From sequence record MN871444.1: DNA of 64,000 nt. One strand, written 5' to 3'. Positions 55,379 through 64,000 of this stretch are shown here, one piece after another; position 1 is the first letter of the stretch; every line of letters starts with the position of its first letter. The notes under the pieces were generated by a model that ran no database searches, was not told where the DNA came from, and saw only the letters and a list, made by a program, of their open reading frames with translations. Made by a program: the position numbers and the translations under genes.

Positions 55379-56926
55379 ATGCAAATGACATTAGCTCCGT
55401 ATTCTAACGGAGTGTCTGAAATAACAGTCAGTCATAGGCAACAATCCATCACGTTTAAAGGTACGACCTATAATCGTACCATCTTGAAAGAAAAAGAAGC
55501 TTTCTTTCAAGACATTAATGCGTATTGGGATAGTTTGCCCATGTCGACCCAAGATGCCATATGGGCCACGTATTTGGAGCTGGACCGTGCGTTTGTTTCA
55601 GAAGAAGGTACCAACAGTGTACACAAAACACTTCATCAACTACTCCTGCAATTGTATCAATATCACAGCATGGACAGCTTTCGGTACTGGATACGTTTCA
55701 AGTCCCGCGTCAAATATCCCCCCGATTTAAAAGAAAAATACAGTCCGGAATACCCCAAAGAAATGACCTATTTGCTGGAAGACTATCGCGGTCTACTGGC
55801 GTTGACTTTGGGTCTGCGGATCGTACTGCCGATCGTATTGCGCTATACCCTGGCGGTAGAACGCGAACAAAAGGGAAAGTATAAAGAGTTCATGTGCCTC
55901 AAGTTACTTGAAGGCACCGAGTTAATGAACTCTCCGGAAATGGCCCAGATTAAAGGGTACGTTACCGCTGCAGCTAACGTTAATGAAAAGCCTCCATCAA
56001 TGTCAGCAATCCTGGGTGGTTTAGGGTCTACTCAGATCCCCATGTTCTTCCTGGCACATGCTATCATTCGGCGTGTTATCGTTAGTGAGCTGAAAACTGA
56101 AGGCGAACCAGTTAACATTGTTTCGAACGTCTGGAACTTTGTTTCTCAAATGGATTTAGACAAACGTTTCGGCGGGGCCACTAAGGATAAGAACCCAACT
56201 GGGGCAGTGGCTGAAGATGATAAACAATCGGTTGCGGAGATTTACAAAAATAAGGAACGTATTTCTGCATCTTCCCCGGTAACTGAAACTGTGTTTGTTG
56301 GCATGTATTTGAGTGCCAAGAAATACATTGACCCGACTATCGACGATGCATTAGCTGAGATGCTCTGGACGCATCACAAGCAACTCAAATCCTTCGATCC
56401 CGAGCCATGGCAGTTGGTATTGATGGGGTGGGTGTTGGCACCACATGTAACGTTTAAAACCAGGGACTATTTAGAACCTGAAGATCGCAATCGGGGGATT
56501 GCTATCGCACAAGCGTTATTGTGGCATTGGGGGTTCCCGCAACTTGCGGCCTTGCTGACAGCTACTCGGGCAGCACCAATCCATTTTGAAGGGGCGTCAC
56601 AATCCAGTACGCAGGTTTCATTGATGAAGCGTGCTTGGCGGGGGCCTACCGAAGAAATGGTGCGTGAAATTAATGAACAGTATCCCCACCACAAACTCAT
56701 TCGCGGTAAGTTCGATCCTAACCAATCGAACTTCGCAGTAGTTGCCATCAATGAATTGTTTTCCATGGTGGTGTCCGGGGACTGGGATTTAAACTGCCCA
56801 AGATCGTTGATTGATGTTTGTGGGATGTCTGAAGATTTATCGGGGTATGCGCCTCCCACTGATTTGAAATATCAGCTGTATGATTTTGTTATAAAGAACA
56901 ACCGCCGTAAAAGCGGAAAACAGTAA
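55379..56926 (+). CDS. nvRNAP fifth (promoter-specificity, sigma-like) subunit, phiKZ gp68-like
   Basis: 515 aa; syntenic order ChmC-gp68-gp69-gp70-beta. Confidence 0.7.
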   Translation: MQMTLAPYSNGVSEITVSHRQQSITFKGTTYNRTILKEKEAFFQDINAYWDSLPMSTQDAIWATYLELDRAFVSEEGTNSVHKTLHQLLLQLYQYHSMDSFRYWIRFKSRVKYPPDLKEKYSPEYPKEMTYLLEDYRGLLALTLGLRIVLPIVLRYTLAVEREQKGKYKEFMCLKLLEGTELMNSPEMAQIKGYVTAAANVNEKPPSMSAILGGLGSTQIPMFFLAHAIIRRVIVSELKTEGEPVNIVSNVWNFVSQMDLDKRFGGATKDKNPTGAVAEDDKQSVAEIYKNKERISASSPVTETVFVGMYLSAKKYIDPTIDDALAEMLWTHHKQLKSFDPEPWQLVLMGWVLAPHVTFKTRDYLEPEDRNRGIAIAQALLWHWGFPQLAALLTATRAAPIHFEGASQSSTQVSLMKRAWRGPTEEMVREINEQYPHHKLIRGKFDPNQSNFAVVAINELFSMVVSGDWDLNCPRSLIDVCGMSEDLSGYAPPTDLKYQLYDFVIKNNRRKSGKQ

Positions 56927-56952
56927 AAAATACTGATCCTGGAGCTATAAAA

Positions 56953-58473
56953 ATGAGAGTACTGAATTTCTTCCTAATGCATACTGGCACGCACTCTGAC
57001 GCAATGTTGCGTTCCTACGACATTTCGGTGACTCAACAAAACATCGATGCCGTAAGGGAAACAACTTTGCGAGGTGCCGTGACGGACATGCGGGCTATTG
57101 CAAATGGGGTGACTGAAATAGCTGCCTCAGTAATGCGCCAGAAAACAACTCCAGATGCAGTGATATCCATCCCGAACGGCATGGGTGAACAGCGGTTACG
57201 TTTCTGGCTGGAAGTAGAAACCGACAGGACCAATCTCACCACCAATCGGCAAATCATCACCGGGTTCACCGACCACCTCGGTTATAATGACCACATGGGC
57301 CGCGTGAGTATCGATCCTAACATGCAGTATTATCCCAACAGCATCGTCTGCTTGCGCGACCAAATCACGCATGACCACGTTCGCGGGGTCAACGTGACGA
57401 CCACGGTGGTAAGTGATAGCTCCCAAATCCTCCGTGGCGATTGCCTGGTAGTTAACCCAGGGGTGGTTCAAGCACCAATGCAAGACGTCTGGGGGCACCC
57501 AATGCCCATCAAACCGATCGCAGCTGGTACGGTTAATCCGAACGATGTTTATGCGGTTCGCCCGCAGGACGTATTTCGGCATAAGGCGGCCACTGAAATG
57601 GTGCGTCAGCACGGGGGCGGCAATACTACCGACAAACGGCTGAGCTTCATGGACGGGGTTCGTAAAAGTAACGTTGATAATGCTAATGGTACCCGATATC
57701 TGGCTAAGACCCTGGCGGCCATGAACCAGGCGTCCTTAATGGATGATGCCGACGCAAATTACGTTACCACGCTCTACTCCCAAGCTGGTAGCCTCATTGG
57801 CGATGCCACCATTGCCCAGGACCGGTTCTTAGGTATGTTGAATTCCGGTGGAGGTTTTACCCAGCGCGGTTTCTTCACGCATCGTGAACTGTTGGCGCAC
57901 GTTCCGGACGCGGAGAATATTGCGGTTATCATGAAGCCGACTACCCCTACCGAAATCCGGGAGCTGTGTAACCGCGGCAATACTGATGGCTGGGGCGGTG
58001 GTAACTGGGAAACTCTGATTGCCACCCGCCTGTGTGCGGCCACTCCGGGCATCATGATGGAATCCTCAATTTCCAGAATTTGGTTTGAGGGAACCAACAT
58101 GACCCATGATGGGCGTTTTCAAATCAACATCATGCCTGACCATTTCGCCATGATGACTCAGGTTGCTGACGCCGAGGCGCTCATCACTCGATTCAAAATC
58201 AACATGGTTACCCAAGTATTGCCCGGCATGATGCCGAATAACCACATGCCGGTTACGGTTACTGCGGTTATGGACTGGGCTGGTGAATCCCGCGTATGGG
58301 TTAGTGTCGATGGCAATCCTCCAGTGCCGTTCGAACATGCTAACTTCTGCGATGGCTTAAGTTCTCCGGTTCTCTGCGCGACTCCAGAAGCTGCATCACA
58401 TATCTCCACTGATTTGGTCAACCTTGCTGAATTAGCGCGCCTACCTTCTCACAACCCGATGGGGAATTACTAA
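56953..58473 (+). CDS. picA: PicA/Imp1-like nuclear import protein (phiKZ gp69-like)
   Basis: 506 aa; synteny; EQRLRFWLEVE, IITGFTDH and NFCDGLSSPV motifs. Confidence 0.7.
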   Translation: MRVLNFFLMHTGTHSDAMLRSYDISVTQQNIDAVRETTLRGAVTDMRAIANGVTEIAASVMRQKTTPDAVISIPNGMGEQRLRFWLEVETDRTNLTTNRQIITGFTDHLGYNDHMGRVSIDPNMQYYPNSIVCLRDQITHDHVRGVNVTTTVVSDSSQILRGDCLVVNPGVVQAPMQDVWGHPMPIKPIAAGTVNPNDVYAVRPQDVFRHKAATEMVRQHGGGNTTDKRLSFMDGVRKSNVDNANGTRYLAKTLAAMNQASLMDDADANYVTTLYSQAGSLIGDATIAQDRFLGMLNSGGGFTQRGFFTHRELLAHVPDAENIAVIMKPTTPTEIRELCNRGNTDGWGGGNWETLIATRLCAATPGIMMESSISRIWFEGTNMTHDGRFQINIMPDHFAMMTQVADAEALITRFKINMVTQVLPGMMPNNHMPVTVTAVMDWAGESRVWVSVDGNPPVPFEHANFCDGLSSPVLCATPEAASHISTDLVNLAELARLPSHNPMGNY

Positions 58474-59867
58474 TGAGTTTACATGATGAACTGGTCGAAA
58501 AGTATAAAGACCTACTTACCGGCATGGGTCTGATTGTCGATCTGCCCTACGTTCGTTTAGCGGAAAGCAACGGCGTTGAAACGCCGATTACGGTTCACGA
58601 CAAGCCGCTGGTATTGCCGACCCGCGACCTTCTGAAAGAAAATAACTGGGATAGCCTGCAGCCATTTCACCCGCTGGCCGAAAACCCGCTGCGCGGCGAA
58701 TCAGTTATTCTGAAGAAGCTTCGGGTATTGGTGGCGTTTCATGCCACCAGTGTTGTCCTTACGCTGGCTGAAGAACTGCTGAACATCGCGGCGGATGGTG
58801 CACTGCAAGCGAAACTGTCACCTAAAGCCAGTGAATTCCTTTCTCACGTGGGTGATGTTGATGCCAAAACCCTGAAAGCGATGGACTCAGTTCGGAAGAA
58901 AATCACCGTACTGGGTGACCATCGCCTGGTTGGGTTTTACTTCAGCCGTCCTGGTGACCAGCGTAAAGATAGCTATACTCGACTGTGTCGTGTCGATTTC
59001 CCCATCTTTGATGCGCTGGCGGATAAAGAACCTACCATCTTCGGCGTGACTATGCGTCATCGTGATAAGAAAGCAATCCTGGGTGTTTTGGATTGGCTAA
59101 TCTATCCGAAACATGATGAAGATGCCGATCTGGCTGGTTTCTATAATGCCGGTACTCGCACCTTAAGCGCGCCGTACTTCGTCACTCTGATGACGGCGTT
59201 CAAAAAGCTGATGCATGAACTGAACAGCAAGATCAAGCTGTTCAAGAAAACCATCCCGGACGTGGTAGCTGAAACACTGACCGATCTGAGCTGGTTCGAT
59301 ATCGTTGACGATATCGACCATTATCGCGACATCATTCCGGCGTTACCTGGAAATGAAGGCGTTGTATCCAGCCATCCGAAAAATGACGGTGCTGAAGTAA
59401 AAGGAACCCCGATGCTGAACATCAACACCCCGCTGGGTGGTCAGCGCGATGAACCGGCCCCCGCAGTAGCGGCACCTCCGGTTATCCGCCCGGCTCAACC
59501 AGTCCAACAAACTGCCGATGAAAATGATGATGGGTACATCGTCAATAGCCTCGGCATTCGCATGCCCAAATCACCTAACCTGACCGCAGCTCGCGTACCG
59601 ATGCCGGTTCAAGCACCGATCCCGCAGGTACCACAAGTTCCTGTGTACGTTGCACCTCCGGTAGTGCAGACCCCGCAGGTACAAACGCAAGTGCAATCCA
59701 ACGGTAAAGTGCGCATGGGTGACCTCATGCCTGGTGCCGCACAACAACCTGCAGGCGGATATCAACCACCACCGCAGCCACTGACCGGCCGACAAGCATT
59801 CCGGGCGCAACAAGCTGCACAACAAGCTATAATCACCCCCGGGTTCATCCCGCCGCGTCGTTGGTAA
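58473..59867 (+). CDS. phiKZ gp70-like core protein with Pro/Gln-rich disordered C-terminus
   Basis: FHPLAENPLRGES motif; synteny. Confidence 0.65.
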   Translation: MSLHDELVEKYKDLLTGMGLIVDLPYVRLAESNGVETPITVHDKPLVLPTRDLLKENNWDSLQPFHPLAENPLRGESVILKKLRVLVAFHATSVVLTLAEELLNIAADGALQAKLSPKASEFLSHVGDVDAKTLKAMDSVRKKITVLGDHRLVGFYFSRPGDQRKDSYTRLCRVDFPIFDALADKEPTIFGVTMRHRDKKAILGVLDWLIYPKHDEDADLAGFYNAGTRTLSAPYFVTLMTAFKKLMHELNSKIKLFKKTIPDVVAETLTDLSWFDIVDDIDHYRDIIPALPGNEGVVSSHPKNDGAEVKGTPMLNINTPLGGQRDEPAPAVAAPPVIRPAQPVQQTADENDDGYIVNSLGIRMPKSPNLTAARVPMPVQAPIPQVPQVPVYVAPPVVQTPQVQTQVQSNGKVRMGDLMPGAAQQPAGGYQPPPQPLTGRQAFRAQQAAQQAIITPGFIPPRRW

Positions 59868-59870
59868 TCT

Positions 59871-59904
59871 AACGGCATAAAGGGAGAGGCTTCGGCCTCT
59901 CCCT
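59871..59904. terminator. Terminator with AACGGCATA flank
   Basis: AGGGAGAGGC-TTCG-GCCTCTCCCT between convergent genes. Confidence 0.75.
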
Positions 59905-59928
59905 TCCACCACTTTCATTATTTCTTTT

Positions 59929-60273
59929 TTACACGCTACCGAATGTCGTGTTATAAGCGGAGGCCAACTGCTGCAACGTAGTTTGGTTGGGTACGTACAG
60001 CGTGCGCACCGATGAGTTAAAATCCCTAAAATGATACATGTAATTTAATCGCATAATGAACCAATACATGTAGGGGGAATACCCCAATGACTTCAGATAA
60101 AGTTCAGGGCGGTATTCATAGGTGTAAGCATCTTCGGGAGTGATGGAAATGATAGCAGTCGAAGATAAACCGCGAATCCATTCGATATGATCTTCAAATA
60201 ACCGTTTGTACCCCAGTAGGTAGTAAACGTCATTTCCTTGGTCAGCTGCTTTACTGATAAGGGATACGGTCAT
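59929..60273 (-). CDS. Small virion/baseplate-type (LysM/tail-X-like) protein
   Basis: YRPELYL..WFIMRLN..LYVP pattern. Confidence 0.55.
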   Translation of the reverse strand: MTVSLISKAADQGNDVYYLLGYKRLFEDHIEWIRGLSSTAIISITPEDAYTYEYRPELYLKSLGYSPYMYWFIMRLNYMYHFRDFNSSVRTLYVPNQTTLQQLASAYNTTFGSV

Positions 60274-60362
60274 GAGTGCCTCTCGATAGCCAAAATAATT
60301 ATAAACTTATATCATTTAATTGCAGTACCACAATAAAATTGATAGAGTCATAGGATAAAAAC

Positions 60363-62429
60363 ATGGTAGAGTACATCCATAATGAGTTAACCGTTGAAAA
60401 CCTAGGTGGTATATCCAGCCTTCAGGTTTTTCCGGGGAATAACTCAAGTCCGCGTGAACAAATGGCTACCAGCCAAATAGGTCAATCACTACTCCCGTAC
60501 GGTTGTGCAGAAAGGTTTCTACAAACGGGAGATGAATTTCAGTATGGGACATGTACTTTCAACGTCAACATTCCGGTGGATGCCGAAATTATCGATGTCG
60601 TACATAAGGTCAATACCGCAGTACATCACGGTAAAATCAAAGTCAACCCGGTAATGTCCGTGATTTGGCGAGATATCGATAAAGTGTCTGTATTCGGCGT
60701 AACGCACATTGAGCGATATCATGCCGCACATCAGGCTTTCGGTATCCGTTATAAAGAACACAAAACCAACATGGCCAAAATTAGGCCAGGTATGGGGGTT
60801 GAGTGCGGCACGGTACTGATGCAGTCTCCTGGCATTTCTGAAAATGGTGCTTATGCCTATAGTGTCAATGCTAACGTGGCTTTTCTATCAGTCCCTGGGG
60901 TAGATAACGATGGGATTATCATGGGTAGTCAACTCATCCGTGATTTTACCGCAACTGGGATCGTTAGCCTAAATGCAAAATGGGGTTCAGACAAATATCC
61001 GTTAAATTTGTACGGGACAAAAGATTATTATCAGCCATTTCCAAATATTGGTGATAAAATTAGGCCCGATGGTTTGGTCATGGCGTTTAGGGAATACGAC
61101 GTCTTTAGCGCTGTCGTGGATATGACACCAGAAGCGCTGATGGAAGTTGATTATACTTGGGATACCTGCTATTACGGTAAGCCCAATGGCGAGGTTCTGG
61201 ACATCACGGTATTGCATCAAAATACCCGCCCCGAAATTACCCCAACGGGAATGTCTGAACAAGCACGGATGTATTTCAACGAATCTCAGCGTTATTATGG
61301 TCAGTTAAGAAATACTTACAATGAATTACGTCGTAAGTATCGCAACCCGACACTGACCCCGGCGTTACAAAATTTGCTGGTGCGGGCGGAAGCTGAAAAT
61401 CCAGAGCAGCAAAGTAATGTCCAAAAAACAATGCATAAAGATTCACTCGATGACTGGCACGTGTATCTCACTTTCGCGTATGATGTCGTCCCCTCCATCG
61501 GTTCAAAGTTAACGGACCATCATGGTGGTAAGGGCGTCATCGTAGGTATTTGGGATGAGCAGGATATGCCCATCGATGAATGGGGTACTCGCGCAGGCCT
61601 CATCATGGACCCTGAATCTACCATCAACCGCATGAATTTGGGTCGTATCTATGAGCACGGCACAAATTGGTATTCCGCCAGAATAATCAATCGATTGATG
61701 CATCTGCGTGAAACTCGACCCACCACATTCTATCAGGATGCCTGGGCCGAATTGATGCAGTACTACAAAACAGTGTCTATCAGACATTATCGACTGATGG
61801 AATATCATTATCGCGATGATAAAGATATTATCAACCACATCAATTACGTCATGCAGTTTCGTGATGGCATTCACCTCCACATGCCGCCGGATCGTGAAGA
61901 TGCGGGATATCCATCTTATTGCAACCTCAGAGAAACCTATCCGGAATTCAAGGCCGGACCTGTCGAATATAGGACGCGTAAAGGTCGCTGGATAACCACC
62001 AAAAAGCCAGTCAAGATTGCCAGTATGGCGATTATCCTGCTAGAGAAAACCGGGGAAGATTGGTCAGCGGTATCCACGCCTAAGATGCAGCATTATGGCA
62101 TTCCCGCAATGGTTACGAACGATGACAAGTATTCCACTCCCGGTCGCGAACAGGCAGTTAAATTGCCTGGCGAAGCTGAGACTCGACTGCTTGGTTCTAC
62201 CGTTGGTGGTGATGTGACTGCTGACCTGGTCGATCTTCCGAACATTCCTGGAGGACAAAAACAAATTGCGAAGACATTGCTATTAGCGGAAAACCCATCT
62301 GACGTTGGGGATATCCTGAATAAAGAACAATTCCCTGATGGTTCCAATAGGGCGCTGCAGCTGAACAAGCATGTTCTGCTGTGTTCCGGTATCACGTTTG
62401 CTTCTGAAGGTGACTCATGCGACAAATAA
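60363..62429 (+). CDS. nvRNAP beta C-terminal subunit (phiKZ gp71-73-like), uninterrupted
   Basis: SSPREQM, GSKLTDHHGGKGVI, DPESTINRMNLGRIYEH, LPGEAETR. Confidence 0.9.
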   Translation: MVEYIHNELTVENLGGISSLQVFPGNNSSPREQMATSQIGQSLLPYGCAERFLQTGDEFQYGTCTFNVNIPVDAEIIDVVHKVNTAVHHGKIKVNPVMSVIWRDIDKVSVFGVTHIERYHAAHQAFGIRYKEHKTNMAKIRPGMGVECGTVLMQSPGISENGAYAYSVNANVAFLSVPGVDNDGIIMGSQLIRDFTATGIVSLNAKWGSDKYPLNLYGTKDYYQPFPNIGDKIRPDGLVMAFREYDVFSAVVDMTPEALMEVDYTWDTCYYGKPNGEVLDITVLHQNTRPEITPTGMSEQARMYFNESQRYYGQLRNTYNELRRKYRNPTLTPALQNLLVRAEAENPEQQSNVQKTMHKDSLDDWHVYLTFAYDVVPSIGSKLTDHHGGKGVIVGIWDEQDMPIDEWGTRAGLIMDPESTINRMNLGRIYEHGTNWYSARIINRLMHLRETRPTTFYQDAWAELMQYYKTVSIRHYRLMEYHYRDDKDIINHINYVMQFRDGIHLHMPPDREDAGYPSYCNLRETYPEFKAGPVEYRTRKGRWITTKKPVKIASMAIILLEKTGEDWSAVSTPKMQHYGIPAMVTNDDKYSTPGREQAVKLPGEAETRLLGSTVGGDVTADLVDLPNIPGGQKQIAKTLLLAENPSDVGDILNKEQFPDGSNRALQLNKHVLLCSGITFASEGDSCDK

Positions 62430-64000
62430 AAGCCAGGGACCTACTCAACCTCACCCGTGAAGAACTCAATCACGATGAGCAATTCATGTTGGAGCTTGAG
62501 TTTGATGATGGCGTGTTGGTAACTTCCTGGCGTACCACGCTCTATAGTTGGTATATTTGGGAGTTTCAACGACGGTATCCAAAAGCGCCGTTGTTAATGC
62601 ATCACCACGTGGGGAATCGTCGATTCAATAAAGGAACTACGAATAAGACGATGAACCTGTGTTTCTGGGATACGTTCAGCGCATATGGTGGTGAACTCCA
62701 TCCAGAAGATTTATCCAAAACCGTCGATGATATTCGCCAGCAGTTGTTTAATGACGTGGAATATGTTGAGGAATATGTTCCAACATTAGACATCGATGAT
62801 TTCATTGGGGTGTTGGACCACCCCAAAATTAAAGAAATCAATAATGCCGTTCAACCGAATGAAACCAGCATCCAACAAGCCTACAAAGCAATTACTGTGG
62901 TATTAAAGGATGAGGATGAATTACGGGATAATGAATTAGCTGAAGCCATTAAATCAGAGTTTCCTAAAGTGGGTCAGGCGCTTCAATGCGTTGGTCCCCG
63001 TGGTTATCTGACTGATATGGATTCTCACCGGTTCGATTTCCCGATCCTGGCGTCGTATGGTAGCGGCATATATACCCTGGCCGAATCATTGATTGAATCG
63101 CGGTCAGCAACTAAGTCCCTTATCTTTAACAAGGAGCTTATTAAAGAAACCGAATATTTCAACCGTGAGATGCAGCTTCTGTGTCACGTCATGGCTGGGC
63201 TGTCGGGTAAGGACTGCGGTACTACTCGAACATTACCGGTGCGTATACGGAACAAGGATGACCTGAAAACGTATAACGGCAAATATCGGGTTACTAGTAA
63301 TGGCTTGGCGGCCATCAAATCAACCGACACCCAACTGATTGGTGAGATTGTTCGCATCAGGGCGGTAAGTTGTTGTGAGGAAAAAGCCAGGGGATATGTG
63401 TGTCCGGTGTGTTATGGTGATTTGCATTTATCGGTCCCGTATGGTTCCAATATTGGCCATGTTGCAGCTACTGAGATTTGTCGTGAAATCACTCAGAGGG
63501 TATTGTCGAATAAACACCTCGACCAATCTTCGATGATTGAACGAATTAGTCTATCTGAATACGATGCTAAATTCCTGGCAGTCCATCCCTGCGGGTCTAA
63601 GCTGGGACTTGCTCAGGGGATTAAACCAGGAAGCGTCCGTATCCAGTTTAGCCGTAAATGTGCGCCGTATCTGGCCGACATCCGGGGCATGGATGAAATC
63701 CCAGAACACAACCTGGCCCGGTATTCCCATATCGATAGCGTGATTATGAATATCGATCGTCCTGGGGAAGTTACGCTATCGGTCCCCATCACGGTAGCCA
63801 TGGGTTCCCGTATTGGTTATTTCACCAGCTCGTTCTTGAAACATATGCGTGCAAGCGGCTGGTCTATGACTGCAAACGGGGACTATGAGGTTTCCCTGAC
63901 GGGGTGGGATAGTAAGCGACCAATCTTTGCGCTGCCGATGAAACAAATGAACATGCTTGATTTCAAGCAGGAGTTCGAAGCACTCATCAAACGCTCCAAG
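62417..64000 (+). CDS. nvRNAP beta' C-terminal subunit (phiKZ gp74-like), partial, runs off the window
   Basis: Hand translation from ATG 62417: MRQIKARDLLNL..., GPRGYLTD, DCG, CPVCYG, QRVLSNKH; no stop seen. Confidence 0.85.
   Translation, partial: MRQIKARDLLNLTREELNHDEQFMLELEFDDGVLVTSWRTTLYSWYIWEFQRRYPKAPLLMHHHVGNRRFNKGTTNKTMNLCFWDTFSAYGGELHPEDLSKTVDDIRQQLFNDVEYVEEYVPTLDIDDFIGVLDHPKIKEINNAVQPNETSIQQAYKAITVVLKDEDELRDNELAEAIKSEFPKVGQALQCVGPRGYLTDMDSHRFDFPILASYGSGIYTLAESLIESRSATKSLIFNKELIKETEYFNREMQLLCHVMAGLSGKDCGTTRTLPVRIRNKDDLKTYNGKYRVTSNGLAAIKSTDTQLIGEIVRIRAVSCCEEKARGYVCPVCYGDLHLSVPYGSNIGHVAATEICREITQRVLSNKHLDQSSMIERISLSEYDAKFLAVHPCGSKLGLAQGIKPGSVRIQFSRKCAPYLADIRGMDEIPEHNLARYSHIDSVIMNIDRPGEVTLSVPITVAMGSRIGYFTSSFLKHMRASGWSMTANGDYEVSLTGWDSKRPIFALPMKQMNMLDFKQEFEALIKRSK

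Noticed and set aside
60363-62429. Intron or intein in the nvRNAP beta subunit (interrupted in phiKZ)
   Set aside because: The ORF is continuous with its conserved motifs in order and no extra segment
1-64000. CRISPR array, tRNA genes, integrase or transposase
   Set aside because: No regularly spaced direct repeats, cloverleaf/T-loop signatures or recombinase motifs found by eye; a tRNAscan-SE or CRISPR search would be needed to exclude them formally

Overview
The window is part of a nucleus-forming jumbo phage genome (phiKZ-like, Chimalliviridae). A Dam gene and enterobacterial-type codon bias in the highly expressed genes suggest a gammaproteobacterial host (inference). About 1-35 kb is an accessory region of mostly small + strand genes: Dam, PhoH, thymidine kinase, CYTH, metallophosphoesterase, SLOG/DprA-like, AAA ATPase, an SF2 helicase and several tandem paralog sets. 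About 36-64 kb is the conserved core block: PhuZ tubulin, an array of about 11 small acidic genes, family-B DNA polymerase, chimallin (ChmA), non-virion RNA polymerase (nvRNAP) subunits, SbcD-like nuclease, and ChmC-, gp68- and PicA-like genes. The clearest hidden element is a 479-nt ORF-less group I intron (50091-50569) that splits the catalytic N|ADFDGD motif of the nvRNAP beta'-N gene. Other signals worth testing are a conserved RACRRCATA/TATGYYGTY element flanking many terminators, structured leaders before chmA and phoH, candidate ncRNA regions, a probable pseudo-protease, a T7 tract that shifts the best start of the AAA ATPase out of frame, and several paralog arrays. All assignments come from motif and synteny recognition by eye; no searches or folding programs were run. 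Where an RBS pointed to a better start than the ORF track gave, I adjusted the start.
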